A stretch of DNA of 64,000 nt. Source: a virus. The position numbers and the translations under genes are program-made. The DNA lies in IMG/VR virus record IMGVR_UViG_3300030430_003122, positions 1 through 64,000 of that record. The stretch is one strand, 5' to 3'. Below the pieces are notes generated by a model. It was not told where the DNA came from. It saw nothing but the letters and a program-made list of their open reading frames with translations, and made no database searches. Within the stretch, counting starts at the first letter, position 1, and each line of letters begins with the position of its first letter. Positions 1 through 10,845 of the stretch are shown one piece after another.

Positions 1-497
1 TCGCTGATAAGTTTGGTCTTGATCAATTTACTCTTACTGAAACACAAGTTCCTCTACCCCTACACTTCCACGGCACTGGTTACATCGATAAAGATGATGA
101 CACCTATTTCCCAATTGCAGGTGAGGAGAACGAGCATGGATTTATGGGACAACCGGGATTTGGTAATCAAAAAGTGGCACTAATTAGTGGTGATGGTCCC
201 GATGGTAGTGATCCGACCACCGGTCGCACCATGCGGTCGGTTTCCGCCAATGTGAATGCAAGCACCGAGTATATCAGAGAGGACAGTATAATCTACCCTG
301 CACTCACAACATATCAAGTTCGACCCTCCGTCTCATCGGAGACAAATGGTTTCTTGGGTGGGTTCCCACCAAGACCCGGAACGATTACTCCCGCCGAGTT
401 TACCGGTAACACCCGAGGTTATGATACGGAAGTGTCCCTTGATAAAATTACCAACACACAACCGTCCATCGCGTTGAACTACATAATTAAGTTCTAA
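1..497 (+). CDS. C-terminal part of a tail collar / short tail fibre (gp12-like) protein, truncated by window start
   Basis: Frame is open from position 3 (ADKFGLDQFTLTETQVPLPLHFHG...) and ends NTQPSIALNYIIKF, the typical tail-collar C-terminal motif. Confidence 0.7.
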   Translation, partial: ADKFGLDQFTLTETQVPLPLHFHGTGYIDKDDDTYFPIAGEENEHGFMGQPGFGNQKVALISGDGPDGSDPTTGRTMRSVSANVNASTEYIREDSIIYPALTTYQVRPSVSSETNGFLGGFPPRPGTITPAEFTGNTRGYDTEVSLDKITNTQPSIALNYIIKF

Positions 498-512
498 TAG
501 AGAAAGAGATCA

Positions 513-2291
513 ATGGCAGGAAAAGCATTTACAAATTTAAACAAGATCTTTCTATCGGATACCTTTCGTGCGTGGTTTGATAAAACAAACCAAATCATAA
601 GCACAATTAACCCGCTCGAAATCTACGGTGTCACCGCTGGTGTCGGCGAAGTCGCTGGCATCACTATGGAATTCAATACTGACGGAACAGTGACCATTGG
701 TCTTGACCTACCGGACGCACTTACAGGTGACTTTAGTTTTAATACTGGGGTAACTTTTAACAATTTTATAAGTGTCGCTGGTCTGACTGTAGACTTTTCT
801 GCGAACGGAGGACATGGTGCGACTTTAACCGGTCGAGTTGTCCGCACCATCAACGGAGCAACGGGAGATGTCGCTCTGGATTTTGTTGCTATCCCCGGAA
901 ACTCTGCGGACGGTGATATACTCTACTATGAGAACACAGGGGCGGGGGCAACCTTCCGTTCCTATAACTTGTTCTCAGATGGAACCGCTGATAACGGCAT
1001 GGTTCATGTTGGCGGTAGTGGTGGTGTTTTCTTCGGCATCACCGCAGGCGGTGCCTCTTCGGCAAATGAATTTGTAAAACTAGGGAACATTCAACTTGTA
1101 GGCACAACCGCCTCTGGTATCTACATGGTTGATAACTCACAAACATCCCTAAGCACTGCGAAGATCGCCGGTGCAGACATTCGCTACGGCACGGAGGGTA
1201 GTTCACAGTTACTCACTATCGGTGGTAGGAATATTAGTGGGACTAAACACTCCACGAACAACCTTATTTTAGATTTTAATAATCAGACCACGACGGTTGG
1301 TGGTGGAGTGACTGGAAACGGTTCCCTAAACATCGGAGACGCGAGTAACTTCGGAAGACCCATTCTCTATACGGACAACGGTGGGGAAACATTTGCTCTT
1401 CGATACCTTTTAGTAAACGAAAAGGGCGGTAGGACATCCGGCGGATCTGCTGGTGTCGCTGCCCTCGGAGGAAACCCATCAACCAAGGGACTTTCGGATG
1501 TTGGCAAGCGGATTCGACTGGAGCATGACGCTGCCTCTGTTGAAGTTGAAATTTCTGGTCCGGGCAAAACCTCTGGTTTTGTAGTTTATGGTCAAGAGGA
1601 ATCTGGACATGTTTACGGCGACTTGCTTCTTCCAACGCTTGTTGCAAGAAAAGACGGAAACGTTGTAATTGGTGGTATTGCTCCAGATGATGGTGGTATC
1701 ACAGGAACAACATTTGGTAGTCTCAACGTTCCTAGTGGTAAATTATATCTTGGAGGAAAGATTGGAGAGTCTGCCACCAAGGGAATGCAAATCATCACCA
1801 GTAATGGTGTAACCGCTGGATGGACCTCACTATCAAGCACGGCATTTAACTACGTTGGGACAATTTCCTCCTTGAATGATACTACCGCCTCTCTAGGCGA
1901 AAGTCCATCAGTCTCAGAGAATTCAAGCAATACTATTTTGTTCAGGGATGAAAATAGGTTAGAGCAAACTGGTCCCTTTACAATTCAAGTAAACTTCCCG
2001 TTAGTTAAACTATCAGGAAAACAATCAAGAACTTATGATGCAGTTTTAGGTGTCGCAATAAATATAGATGGCACTCAAAAGTTAATGAGAGAAACTGTTT
2101 TGTGGAAAGATCTCCATGCACATGGGATAGATTCAATTTCTCCGACATTTGTGATGGCAGGTCAAGCGAATAAATTTGTAAGGATAACACCATTCGCCAC
2201 ACTTAGACTAACTACTGCGAACGGTGCTGACGAGAGATTTTCATATGTTATTCCCGGAACTTACACAGCAACATTCAATAAGATAGGTTAA
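513..2291 (+). CDS. Gly/Thr-rich virion (fibre/baseplate-associated) protein
   Basis: N-terminal SDTFRAWFDKTN motif typical of T4-like fibre N-termini; beta-rich G/T composition; lies in the tail module. Confidence 0.6.
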   Translation: MAGKAFTNLNKIFLSDTFRAWFDKTNQIISTINPLEIYGVTAGVGEVAGITMEFNTDGTVTIGLDLPDALTGDFSFNTGVTFNNFISVAGLTVDFSANGGHGATLTGRVVRTINGATGDVALDFVAIPGNSADGDILYYENTGAGATFRSYNLFSDGTADNGMVHVGGSGGVFFGITAGGASSANEFVKLGNIQLVGTTASGIYMVDNSQTSLSTAKIAGADIRYGTEGSSQLLTIGGRNISGTKHSTNNLILDFNNQTTTVGGGVTGNGSLNIGDASNFGRPILYTDNGGETFALRYLLVNEKGGRTSGGSAGVAALGGNPSTKGLSDVGKRIRLEHDAASVEVEISGPGKTSGFVVYGQEESGHVYGDLLLPTLVARKDGNVVIGGIAPDDGGITGTTFGSLNVPSGKLYLGGKIGESATKGMQIITSNGVTAGWTSLSSTAFNYVGTISSLNDTTASLGESPSVSENSSNTILFRDENRLEQTGPFTIQVNFPLVKLSGKQSRTYDAVLGVAINIDGTQKLMRETVLWKDLHAHGIDSISPTFVMAGQANKFVRITPFATLRLTTANGADERFSYVIPGTYTATFNKIG

Positions 2292-2292
2292 A

Positions 2293-3357
2293 ATGGCACT
2301 ATACTCAGGAAATGTAAATGGTAATACTCGAACGTTTGTTTTCTCCGCCACAGGCGGAACAAACGCTAATTTCGTAACGACTATTGGTGCTGGTGCTTCC
2401 ACCGGTGATTATGTCTCCGCTGGTGGAGACACCTTTGGCACTACAGCGGAGATTAGATCGTTTCGTGGAAACGTGGCATATTTAAACTATAAAAGAAACA
2501 CCACCGAGGTTAGAACAGAACTTTTACCAAGTGGTGGTATAACCTTCACAGAGGAAGATGTTATTCCTGATCCAAGAATTGTCGTTGGATTTTTGGTGGG
2601 AGAGGGAATAACTGGTCACCACATGGATGAGATTCACTATCAGAGTGGTGCTGGAAATGTTGAGGCATTTCTTGGTCGATTAACCTACTCTAGCGGTTCT
2701 ACTCTAGTCCCTGAAGGTTCAGCACTAATTGAACTTGTTGCCCCCGGTCTTACGGGAGTTACTACCCCAAATAGAGATGACCCGGACCCACTTAAAGATA
2801 TTTTTACTGTCGCTGCTGGGAATACCATCGAAAATAAAACAAATGGTATGGTAAGTTCAAATACAACCGGTTCAACTTTTACCAGCACCGCTACTTTTGT
2901 TCGAGTGCCTGTTCCCACTTATAAAAACGTAATTTTAGGTCAAGTTAGGGGTAGTGTTGAGTCTGCTGGTTTAGACTCTAACGGTCTCACTGGTATCACC
3001 ATCGGAGATGCTACTCACCTAAGACACGTTATGGTCGAACTAGGATCTAAAGAATTAAATGAATTTTTAAATAAATCAGCACACGTTAGAAATAACAATG
3101 CAATAACTGGTGACTCTTCCCGAGTTGGACAAATATTTACGTCTACAGGTATTTCAGGAACCACTATCTCAAACAAGGGGATCCTACTCAACGCGGTTAC
3201 TGGTGGAACGGTGGCGGGAACTAGTGTTTTGCAAGAGTTTGCCGCTAAGGTAGCAAACGCTGAATTTCAATTAGACCTAGATGAGAGGACCACTGTAGAG
3301 AAAATCTTAAATCAAACCTCTGTTCGTGGAATTGATCAGATCCCATTCACTTCTTGA
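2293..3357 (+). CDS. Hypothetical Gly/Thr-rich virion protein
   Basis: 354-aa ORF between fibre gene and gp13; many GxT motifs. Confidence 0.5.
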   Translation: MALYSGNVNGNTRTFVFSATGGTNANFVTTIGAGASTGDYVSAGGDTFGTTAEIRSFRGNVAYLNYKRNTTEVRTELLPSGGITFTEEDVIPDPRIVVGFLVGEGITGHHMDEIHYQSGAGNVEAFLGRLTYSSGSTLVPEGSALIELVAPGLTGVTTPNRDDPDPLKDIFTVAAGNTIENKTNGMVSSNTTGSTFTSTATFVRVPVPTYKNVILGQVRGSVESAGLDSNGLTGITIGDATHLRHVMVELGSKELNEFLNKSAHVRNNNAITGDSSRVGQIFTSTGISGTTISNKGILLNAVTGGTVAGTSVLQEFAAKVANAEFQLDLDERTTVEKILNQTSVRGIDQIPFTS

Positions 3358-3382
3358 CATTCTCGCTCCATACATATATTAT
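3354..3382 (+). promoter_or_regulatory. Overlapping sigma70-like promoter (TTGACA-17-TATTAT) and late-type CATACATA box upstream of gp13
   Basis: TTGACA 3354-3359, TATTAT 3377-3382, CATACATA 3369-3376; AAGGAG RBS follows. Confidence 0.5.
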
Positions 3383-3398
3383 GATAAGGAGCGTATAG

Positions 3399-4190
3399 AT
3401 GGCAAAACCCACATCACGACAAGGACTTAAAGACTATGCGTTACGCAGACTAGGTTCGCCTGTAGTAGAGATCAACGTAGATGACTCGCAGGTAGAAGAT
3501 CGAGTCGATGACGCTTTACAAATGTTTTCTGAATATCACTTTGATGGTGTGCAGAAGGCGTATTACAAATACCAAGTAACTAGCACGGATATCAGTAACG
3601 GATTTATTGATACCGACGAGTTGGTAAAAAATGATGGGGCGATTGGTCCTGAACTTGAAGCGGGTAACCAAATCATATCTGTTCTCAGAATTTTTGAATT
3701 TTCTGATTCAGGCACCAGTAATATTTTTAGCGTCCCATATCAATTAGCATTAAATGATGTTTATGGTATTCGTAATCCCGGTTCACTCACCGACTATACG
3801 ATTACACAACAACATATTCAGATGATTCAAGATTATTTGGATCCCGAGAAGATGATTAGGTTTAGTAGGGTGACAAATAGAATTTATATTGATAACAATT
3901 GGACAGAGGACATCAAGGAAAATACTTTCCTGACAATTGAGTGCTATGTCGCTCTAAATCCGAACACATATCCTGAGATATTTAATGATATTCTTCTTAA
4001 AAGATATGTCACTGCCTCAATTAAACAACAATGGGGGGCAAACCTTTCAAAGTATAATAACGTAACTCTTCCCGGAGGTCTTTCGTATAATGGTGCTGAA
4101 ATTTATCAGCAAGCGACAGACGAGATGAATCAAATAGAAGAAACTCTTCAAGACAAGTACGAACTTCCTCCGGACATAATGGTAGGATAA
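3399..4190 (+). CDS. gp13: Neck protein gp13
   Basis: LKDYALRRLGSPVVEINV, FSEYHFDG, KQQWGANLSKY, LPGG motifs; synteny. Confidence 0.95.
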   Translation: MAKPTSRQGLKDYALRRLGSPVVEINVDDSQVEDRVDDALQMFSEYHFDGVQKAYYKYQVTSTDISNGFIDTDELVKNDGAIGPELEAGNQIISVLRIFEFSDSGTSNIFSVPYQLALNDVYGIRNPGSLTDYTITQQHIQMIQDYLDPEKMIRFSRVTNRIYIDNNWTEDIKENTFLTIECYVALNPNTYPEIFNDILLKRYVTASIKQQWGANLSKYNNVTLPGGLSYNGAEIYQQATDEMNQIEETLQDKYELPPDIMVG

Positions 4191-4193
4191 TCA

Positions 4194-4655
4194 ATGGTAG
4201 AATTTAACAAAGACATAGACACATCGGATTTTGACGAGTTTGATTTTGGGTTTGAGTTGGTTGATGGTCCCGCTCCAGTCGAGACCACTTCTGAACCACA
4301 ATCCGTTTCCGTTGACACGACGGAGATTGATGATCGACTAGACACACTCGAAGACAAGATTAATAATGTTCTTAATATCGTTTCGCTCAGTGATTCTAGC
4401 GATGATATTCGTAGAGCGATTGAGGACCAAGGGGTCTCTATTTCAACCGCACTCGAATCTGTCGAGGATATGAAAGAAAATATGCAAAGAGAATATGAAA
4501 GAAAACTAGAAGAAGTTGAAAAACTTGTTCTACCTCTTTTAGTCAATCTTACAAAAAACCCAGAACGAGAATACATCAAGTGGCCAAATCGTGCTAAGTC
4601 CGTGCAAGGTCACATTAATAAGATTTTAGAGGTAACCAGAGGTAATGGCGACTAA
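4194..4655 (+). CDS. Hypothetical acidic coiled-coil protein
   Basis: 153-aa ORF between gp13 and gp14; heptad-rich middle; C-terminal NPEREYIKWPNR. Confidence 0.7.
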   Translation: MVEFNKDIDTSDFDEFDFGFELVDGPAPVETTSEPQSVSVDTTEIDDRLDTLEDKINNVLNIVSLSDSSDDIRRAIEDQGVSISTALESVEDMKENMQREYERKLEEVEKLVLPLLVNLTKNPEREYIKWPNRAKSVQGHINKILEVTRGNGD

Positions 4656-5499
4656 TCCATACTTTCGTAAAGCAGTTCGCTCAGAGCAAGACCTTATTGA
4701 TGATCTTTCTATTGAAGTGATCAAAATCAATGGGTTTGATATGATATATCTCCCGCGAACTCTTGTGAGAGAGGATGAAATTTTCGGTGAAGACAGAACT
4801 CCCTCTAGATTTAGCACTGGTAGAGAAATTGAAATGCTCGTCGAATCAGTCGATGGTTTTGAAGGAGACGGAGAGGTCTTTGGCAGATTTGGTCTTGAGA
4901 TTAAAGATAATGTTTCTCTGCTTGTTTCAAAAACAAGATTTGAAAAAGAGTTTTCTGATCTTGGGTTCAAGGAACCAAGAGAAGGTGATCTGATCTATTT
5001 CCCCATATCAGGTGGTCTTTTTGAAATTGATTACGTTGAGAGAGAAAATCCATTCTATCAACTTAACAAGATTAATACGTTCAAGTTAACTTGCTCGCTT
5101 TTCCGTTTCAGTGGAGAGGATTTCCAAACTGGGTTCTCAGTGGTCGATGGTGTCACTAGTGATCACCTCGATCAATTGCAAACTCTTGTGCTTGGTGCGG
5201 GGACAGGAAACTACACAGAGGGAGAGACTGTTATTCAGGGTGCGGGTTCCACAATCGCTGCTCTCGTTCAGGAGTGGAAGTCCGCCAGCAAAACTCTTTT
5301 CGTCAACGGTATTACCGGTGCGTTCCAAGTTGGTGTTACCGTTGAGGGTCAGTCCTCCGGAACCAAGTATCTTCTTGGAAGCACCGGAACCACCAACGAG
5401 TTCGTTGTCCCCGACGCTGATGAGGATAACACCGAATTTGAAAGTAACGCATTGTTCGACTTTACAGACCTCGATCCGTTCTCGGAGGGTGACCTATAA
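4645..5499 (+). CDS. gp14: Neck protein gp14
   Basis: MATNPYF, SEQDLIDDL, YLPR, PREGDLIYFP, PFYQL; synteny. Confidence 0.95.
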   Translation: MATNPYFRKAVRSEQDLIDDLSIEVIKINGFDMIYLPRTLVREDEIFGEDRTPSRFSTGREIEMLVESVDGFEGDGEVFGRFGLEIKDNVSLLVSKTRFEKEFSDLGFKEPREGDLIYFPISGGLFEIDYVERENPFYQLNKINTFKLTCSLFRFSGEDFQTGFSVVDGVTSDHLDQLQTLVLGAGTGNYTEGETVIQGAGSTIAALVQEWKSASKTLFVNGITGAFQVGVTVEGQSSGTKYLLGSTGTTNEFVVPDADEDNTEFESNALFDFTDLDPFSEGDL

Positions 5500-6347
5500 T
5501 GTTTGAAACATTTTATAACGAAACTATAAGAAACACCGTCATTGGGTTTGGTTCTTTATTCAATGAGATATTTGTAAGCAGAAAAGACTCAGACGGAAAC
5601 GAGACGAGTAGATTTAAAGTCCCGATTACATACGCACCAAAAGAAAAGTTTATTCGTATGCTTAACGAATACTCTGGTCTCAAGGGAACAGCGAACGAGC
5701 GTGATATATCAACTATTTTGCCGAGAATTGGTTTTAACATAGAGGCGATAAATTATGATTCTGAGAGAAAAAGAAACACCCTCTCAAAAAGATATACTGC
5801 TAGTTCAACATCAAATCAAATTAAGTTTGAGTATGCAGAGGTTCCGTACTCGATAGACTTCTTTCTAACCATTGCGTCTAGAACTATGGAAGACGCTCTA
5901 CAAATAATAGAGCAAATTCTCGCATTCTTCACACCAGAGTTTATTGTTTCCATAAACTTCACTGACGCTAGAAATAAAATAGATGTGCCGATTACTCTGA
6001 CTTCGGTTGCCTCAGAGGTTGACTTCGAGGGTGATACATCAACACAAAGATCCATAGTTTTTAATCTATCTTTCACCGCGAGAACATATGTTTACGGTCC
6101 AACTAAAGAAAGCAAGGTTATTACAAAAGTCGATACGACTTTCTTCAACGCAGACTTCGACTCGCAAGGTGTCACCGGGGCAACCGGCGCACTGGCACGG
6201 GTCATCGCTGGTATCACCGGACCTAATGGACTAACGTCTGATATCAATGAATATACTGGAGTAAATGTATTCGGGTCAACAACTGACAGAGCAAATTCTA
6301 TCTTTGAGTATCCAAATACGCTTGACTCACTAGGAGCAACAATATGA
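5499..6347 (+). CDS. gp15: Tail sheath stabiliser/terminator gp15
   Basis: FYNETIR..FGSLFN, VPITYAPKEKF, LPRIGF, LQIIEQIL; synteny. Confidence 0.95.
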   Translation: MFETFYNETIRNTVIGFGSLFNEIFVSRKDSDGNETSRFKVPITYAPKEKFIRMLNEYSGLKGTANERDISTILPRIGFNIEAINYDSERKRNTLSKRYTASSTSNQIKFEYAEVPYSIDFFLTIASRTMEDALQIIEQILAFFTPEFIVSINFTDARNKIDVPITLTSVASEVDFEGDTSTQRSIVFNLSFTARTYVYGPTKESKVITKVDTTFFNADFDSQGVTGATGALARVIAGITGPNGLTSDINEYTGVNVFGSTTDRANSIFEYPNTLDSLGATI

Positions 6348-6805
6348 GTGATAAATTAGAAAAATCATTAAATATCGATCCCGTCGAAAAAATCAAACAA
6401 CCGGTCGTAAGAAAAAAACCAGTTGAGATCGTGGTTTCCGATGAAGTTCGTGAAAATAAAAAGAAAATGGATCAAAACGCTGACTACGCTGAAGTTCGTG
6501 ATAATCTAAAGAATATAATTGGTACGGGGTTGAACGCCATAGATGGGATTCTTTCCGTTGCGAGTGAGGGAGAGTCTCCACGGGCATATGAGGTCGTCTC
6601 ACAGTTAATCAAGAGTGTCACCGATGCAAACAAAGATCTCATCGGACTGCACAAGCAGATGCAGGACTTGGATGAACAGGGTGGAGGCAAAACCACCGGA
6701 CCTGTCACTAATAATTCGATCTTCGTCGGTTCGACAAAGGAACTACAAAAACTAGTGAAAAGTAATTTTAAACAATTGAAGGACGAAGCGGATGGCGGAT
6801 CATGA
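6344..6805 (+). CDS. gp16: Terminase small subunit gp16
   Basis: ESPRAYEV, NNSIFVGSTKELQK. Confidence 0.95.
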   Translation: MSDKLEKSLNIDPVEKIKQPVVRKKPVEIVVSDEVRENKKKMDQNADYAEVRDNLKNIIGTGLNAIDGILSVASEGESPRAYEVVSQLIKSVTDANKDLIGLHKQMQDLDEQGGGKTTGPVTNNSIFVGSTKELQKLVKSNFKQLKDEADGGS

Positions 6806-8435
6806 ATCTACTTATCTTGGCAACATAAACCTAAAACCCGCCGGGGTAAACATAGAGTTTACAGAGGAGCAGGTTCAAGAGTATCTCAAGTGCCAGCAGG
6901 ATCCTCTTTACTTTATTAAAAATTATATTAAAATCATTTCTCTTGACGAGGGTCTTGTTCCATTCAAGACTTGGGCATATCAAGATAATATGATCAATAC
7001 AATTCATAATAATAGATTTACAATTGCCAAACTTCCACGGCAGTCAGGAAAGTCTACTACGGTTATCGCTTACCTTTTACATTATGTTCTTTTCAACTCT
7101 GAAGTTAATGTTGCAATTCTCGCCAACAAGCAAGCGACCGCACGGGAACTCCTCTACCGATTAAAGTTGGCATATGAAAACTTACCCAAGTGGTTGCAGC
7201 AAGGGATCATCGAATGGAACAAGGGAAATATTTCTTTAGAAAACAACTCTAAGGTTCTTGCCTCCTCCACCTCGTCCAGTGCGGTTCGTGGTGGTTCATT
7301 CAACATGATCTTTCTTGATGAATTTGCATATGTCCCTGAAAATGTGGCAGATGAATTTTTCTCATCTGTCTATCCGACAATCTCATCTGGTAAAGAAACC
7401 AAAGTTTTAATTATCAGCACGCCCAAAGGTTTGAACATGTATTACAAACTTTGGCGTGATGCGGAGGAAGGAAACAACTCTTATGTTCCCATTGAAGTGC
7501 ATTGGTCGGAAGTTCCGGGACGCGATGATAAGTGGAAGAAAGAGACGATTGCAAACACCTCGCAGTCACAGTTTCGTGCTGAGTTTGAATGTGAGTTTAT
7601 TGGATCACAGAACACACTGATCGACCCTGCTAAATTAAAATGCTTGGCGTATCGAAAACCCATAGCAGAACGAGATGATGGTTTTGTGCAATATTATCCA
7701 CCAGAAGAGGATCGCACATACTTCATGTCAGTGGATGTGTCCCGTGGTCGTGAACTAGACTACCACGCGGTAACTGTTCTGGATATAACGGAGATGCCAT
7801 ATAAAATTTGTGCAATTTATAGAAACAACGAACTCGCTCCCATGCTTTTACCAAATATTGTAAATGCCATAGGTAATATTTACAACAAAGCATGGTGTCT
7901 AGTTGAGATCAACGATATCGGTGGTCAGGTCGCGGATGTTCTCTATAACGAACTCGAATATGAGAATCTTATGATTACCAGTGTTCGTGGTCGTAAGGGT
8001 CAGACGATGGATGGTGGTTTTGGTAGTTTTCAATCACAACTGGGTGTGCGAACCAGTCCTGCTGTGAAGAAACTTGGGTGTGCTTTACTTAAAGACATGA
8101 TCGAGGGCGACAAGATGCTCATCGAAGATTATCAAATGATCCAAGAACTCACGGCGTTTGTTTCAAAAAAGAATTCATATGAGGCAGAAACGGGTCACCA
8201 CGATGACTTGGTAATGACTCTGGTTTTATTTGCATGGACCACTTCGCAAAACTATTTCAAAGAACTAACTGACCTAGATATAAGGACGAAACTTTATCAA
8301 GACAAAATTCGTCAAATAGAAGAAGATCTTGCTCCATTTGGTTTTATTGACGACGGATCGTTGGACGATACCTTTATCGATAATCAAGGAACGCGGTGGA
8401 GTGTGGATAAAGACAACGACAGTATGGGTTGGTGA
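6792..8435 (+). CDS. gp17: Terminase large subunit gp17
   Basis: PRQSGKST Walker A, IFLDEFA Walker B, HHDDLVM nuclease motif. Confidence 0.98.
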   Translation: MADHESTYLGNINLKPAGVNIEFTEEQVQEYLKCQQDPLYFIKNYIKIISLDEGLVPFKTWAYQDNMINTIHNNRFTIAKLPRQSGKSTTVIAYLLHYVLFNSEVNVAILANKQATARELLYRLKLAYENLPKWLQQGIIEWNKGNISLENNSKVLASSTSSSAVRGGSFNMIFLDEFAYVPENVADEFFSSVYPTISSGKETKVLIISTPKGLNMYYKLWRDAEEGNNSYVPIEVHWSEVPGRDDKWKKETIANTSQSQFRAEFECEFIGSQNTLIDPAKLKCLAYRKPIAERDDGFVQYYPPEEDRTYFMSVDVSRGRELDYHAVTVLDITEMPYKICAIYRNNELAPMLLPNIVNAIGNIYNKAWCLVEINDIGGQVADVLYNELEYENLMITSVRGRKGQTMDGGFGSFQSQLGVRTSPAVKKLGCALLKDMIEGDKMLIEDYQMIQELTAFVSKKNSYEAETGHHDDLVMTLVLFAWTTSQNYFKELTDLDIRTKLYQDKIRQIEEDLAPFGFIDDGSLDDTFIDNQGTRWSVDKDNDSMGW

Positions 8436-8481
8436 AAATAACTAATTTGCTAGATACTACAGCGTTGATAAGGAGATAACA

Positions 8482-10815
8482 ATGGCATTTCAACTTAGTC
8501 CCGGTGTCGATGTAAAAGAAATCGATCTGACAGCAATCATCCCTGCCGTGTCCACAACCAAGGCAGGATTTGCAGGACTCTTTAACTGGGGTCCAGTGGA
8601 ACAAAGAATTACAGTCACCAGTGTAAACGACTTGGTGGAGCGGTTTAACAACCCAGATAACGTAAACTACTCGTATTGGTTTACCGCAGCGAACTACCTT
8701 GGTTACTCAAATAACCTTCAAGTGGTTCGAGTAGTAGATCAAGACACTGCAAAGAACGCATCTACCAATGGTGGATTCTTTGTAAAAAATGATGAACACT
8801 TTGAAGAAGTCGATTCAACAGCAACCGCTGCAAACCATGAGTTCATTGGTAAATATTGCGGAACACTCGGTAACTCTCTGTTCGTCTCTGTCTCTGATAG
8901 GACCGAACAAAGTCTGAACCCAGTTATCGCCTTCCCATCTACTTCTACCGGATTTACCATTACAAACACAAGTGGTCCAACCACATCATCCACTGCGTTT
9001 GGTTTTATTACAACCAACCTACCAAGTGGAATTGTTGCAAATAGTGATAAGTTGAGATTTAAGCGAGGTGAACCAAGAACTATTACCGGAGTTACCAATG
9101 CCGTCTCCTTTGGTAAGTTTGAATCAAGTGGTGCTGGTGCTACCGTCGCTGCTCTCGGTAAAGCAGTAACTCGCGCCGCAGGTGCTACTTTCAACATCAC
9201 GCTAACCACTGCTGGATCCACCGCTGGTCTCGAACCCGGAGGTTATCTAACGTTTACTAATAGCAGTGGTGTCGTTGGTGTGGCAAAAATTAGTGCGATG
9301 TCAAACGCGGCAGCGGGTGTAACGTGTCAGGTCACAACCGGTGCAAGTGGGTTTGGTTTTGCAGGTGATTCTACTACCTTCACGACAGACAGTGAATTTA
9401 TTACTCTCGGTCAAGTAACCGCAGGAGGATTCACTTTCGCAGATGCTACCTCTGGTCTCACCGCCGCCAGTGTTCGATGGAAGTATGCTGAAGAGTTTGA
9501 TCAAAAACTACCAGCGACCAGTTCCTCCGTTGAAGCACACGGTGCCTCTTTCGATCTACTCCACGCCATTGTGATCGACGAAGACGGTGACTGGACAGGG
9601 ACAAAGGGAACTGTTCTTGAAAGATTCCCATCACTTTCTAAGGCAAAGAATGCCAAGAGAGCGAATGGTTCCTCGATTTACTATAAGGACTTTATTAACG
9701 CCAACTCTGAGTATGTGTTCTCAGCAGATGATCCCGGTTTTGCCACACACGTTGCGGGAACCTTCGCCTTTGGTGATGATTCAACTTCATCTGGTGGAAC
9801 GTTTGCTAAACTCTCACAGAACTACTATGAGTCTCTCTCTGGTGGTACGTCCTCTGCCCCCGCCCAGAATGATTTCTACGAAAATGGTTACGAATTGTTC
9901 GCCGACTCAGAAACCGTGGATATTTCACTAATTCTAGGTGGTCCGACAGAGGGAATCCAAGCGAAGAAACTTGTCGATCTTGTTACCGCTAGGAAAGATG
10001 CAGTTGTATTCTTGTCTCCTCCATCTAACGCGGTTGTTAACTCAACCGGAAACGCATCTAAGAGTGCGGCGGTTGCAACAGCAAATGTTGCAGCATATCG
10101 TCAAGGTCTTAACGGTGCTGATGCCGGAGGTGATGTCAACTACACTAATGATAACTTAAATGTATCTTCTTCCTATGCAGTTCTAGACAGTGGTTACAAG
10201 TATATGTTTGATCAGTTTAATGATGTCTTCCGGTTCGTCCCGCTTAACGGGGATATCGCAGGTATCGCAGTTAGATCAGACCTCGAAACTGAAACTTGGT
10301 TCTCTCCAGCAGGATTTAACCGTGGACAGGTTCGTGGAGTCGTGAAACTTGCATACAACCCACTCAAGGCACAGAGAGATGAACTCTATATCAACGGAAT
10401 CAACCCAGTTGTTTCCTTCCCCGGAGAAGGCACAGTTCTCTTCGGTGATAAGACTCTACTCTCCAAACCAAGTGCGTTTGATAGAATTAATGTAAGACGA
10501 CTCTTTATTGTTCTTGAGAAGGCAATTGCCACCGCTGCTAAGTTCCAACTCTTCGAGCAGAACGATGCGTTTACCCGTGCTTCCTTCCGACAGTTGATCG
10601 AACCATTCCTTCGAGATGTTCAGTCTCGAAGAGGTATCATCGACTTCAAGGTCGTGTGTGATGAGTCCAACAACACCGGAGAGGTGATTGATAGAAACGA
10701 GTTTGTTGCAGATATCTTTATCAAACCAACTCGCTCGATCAACTTCATCTCGCTTAACTTCATTGCCACTAGAACTGGCATTGACTTTGACGAAATTGGC
10801 GGATCGTCCGCATAA
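8482..10815 (+). CDS. gp18: Tail sheath protein gp18, with a Thr/Gly-rich inserted domain
   Basis: SPGVDVKEIDLT, WFSPAGFNRG, FDRINVRRLF, FIKPTRSINFI. Confidence 0.98.
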   Translation: MAFQLSPGVDVKEIDLTAIIPAVSTTKAGFAGLFNWGPVEQRITVTSVNDLVERFNNPDNVNYSYWFTAANYLGYSNNLQVVRVVDQDTAKNASTNGGFFVKNDEHFEEVDSTATAANHEFIGKYCGTLGNSLFVSVSDRTEQSLNPVIAFPSTSTGFTITNTSGPTTSSTAFGFITTNLPSGIVANSDKLRFKRGEPRTITGVTNAVSFGKFESSGAGATVAALGKAVTRAAGATFNITLTTAGSTAGLEPGGYLTFTNSSGVVGVAKISAMSNAAAGVTCQVTTGASGFGFAGDSTTFTTDSEFITLGQVTAGGFTFADATSGLTAASVRWKYAEEFDQKLPATSSSVEAHGASFDLLHAIVIDEDGDWTGTKGTVLERFPSLSKAKNAKRANGSSIYYKDFINANSEYVFSADDPGFATHVAGTFAFGDDSTSSGGTFAKLSQNYYESLSGGTSSAPAQNDFYENGYELFADSETVDISLILGGPTEGIQAKKLVDLVTARKDAVVFLSPPSNAVVNSTGNASKSAAVATANVAAYRQGLNGADAGGDVNYTNDNLNVSSSYAVLDSGYKYMFDQFNDVFRFVPLNGDIAGIAVRSDLETETWFSPAGFNRGQVRGVVKLAYNPLKAQRDELYINGINPVVSFPGEGTVLFGDKTLLSKPSAFDRINVRRLFIVLEKAIATAAKFQLFEQNDAFTRASFRQLIEPFLRDVQSRRGIIDFKVVCDESNNTGEVIDRNEFVADIFIKPTRSINFISLNFIATRTGIDFDEIGGSSA

Positions 10816-10845
10816 ACGCCATACATAGAAAAGGAGATCTAACAC

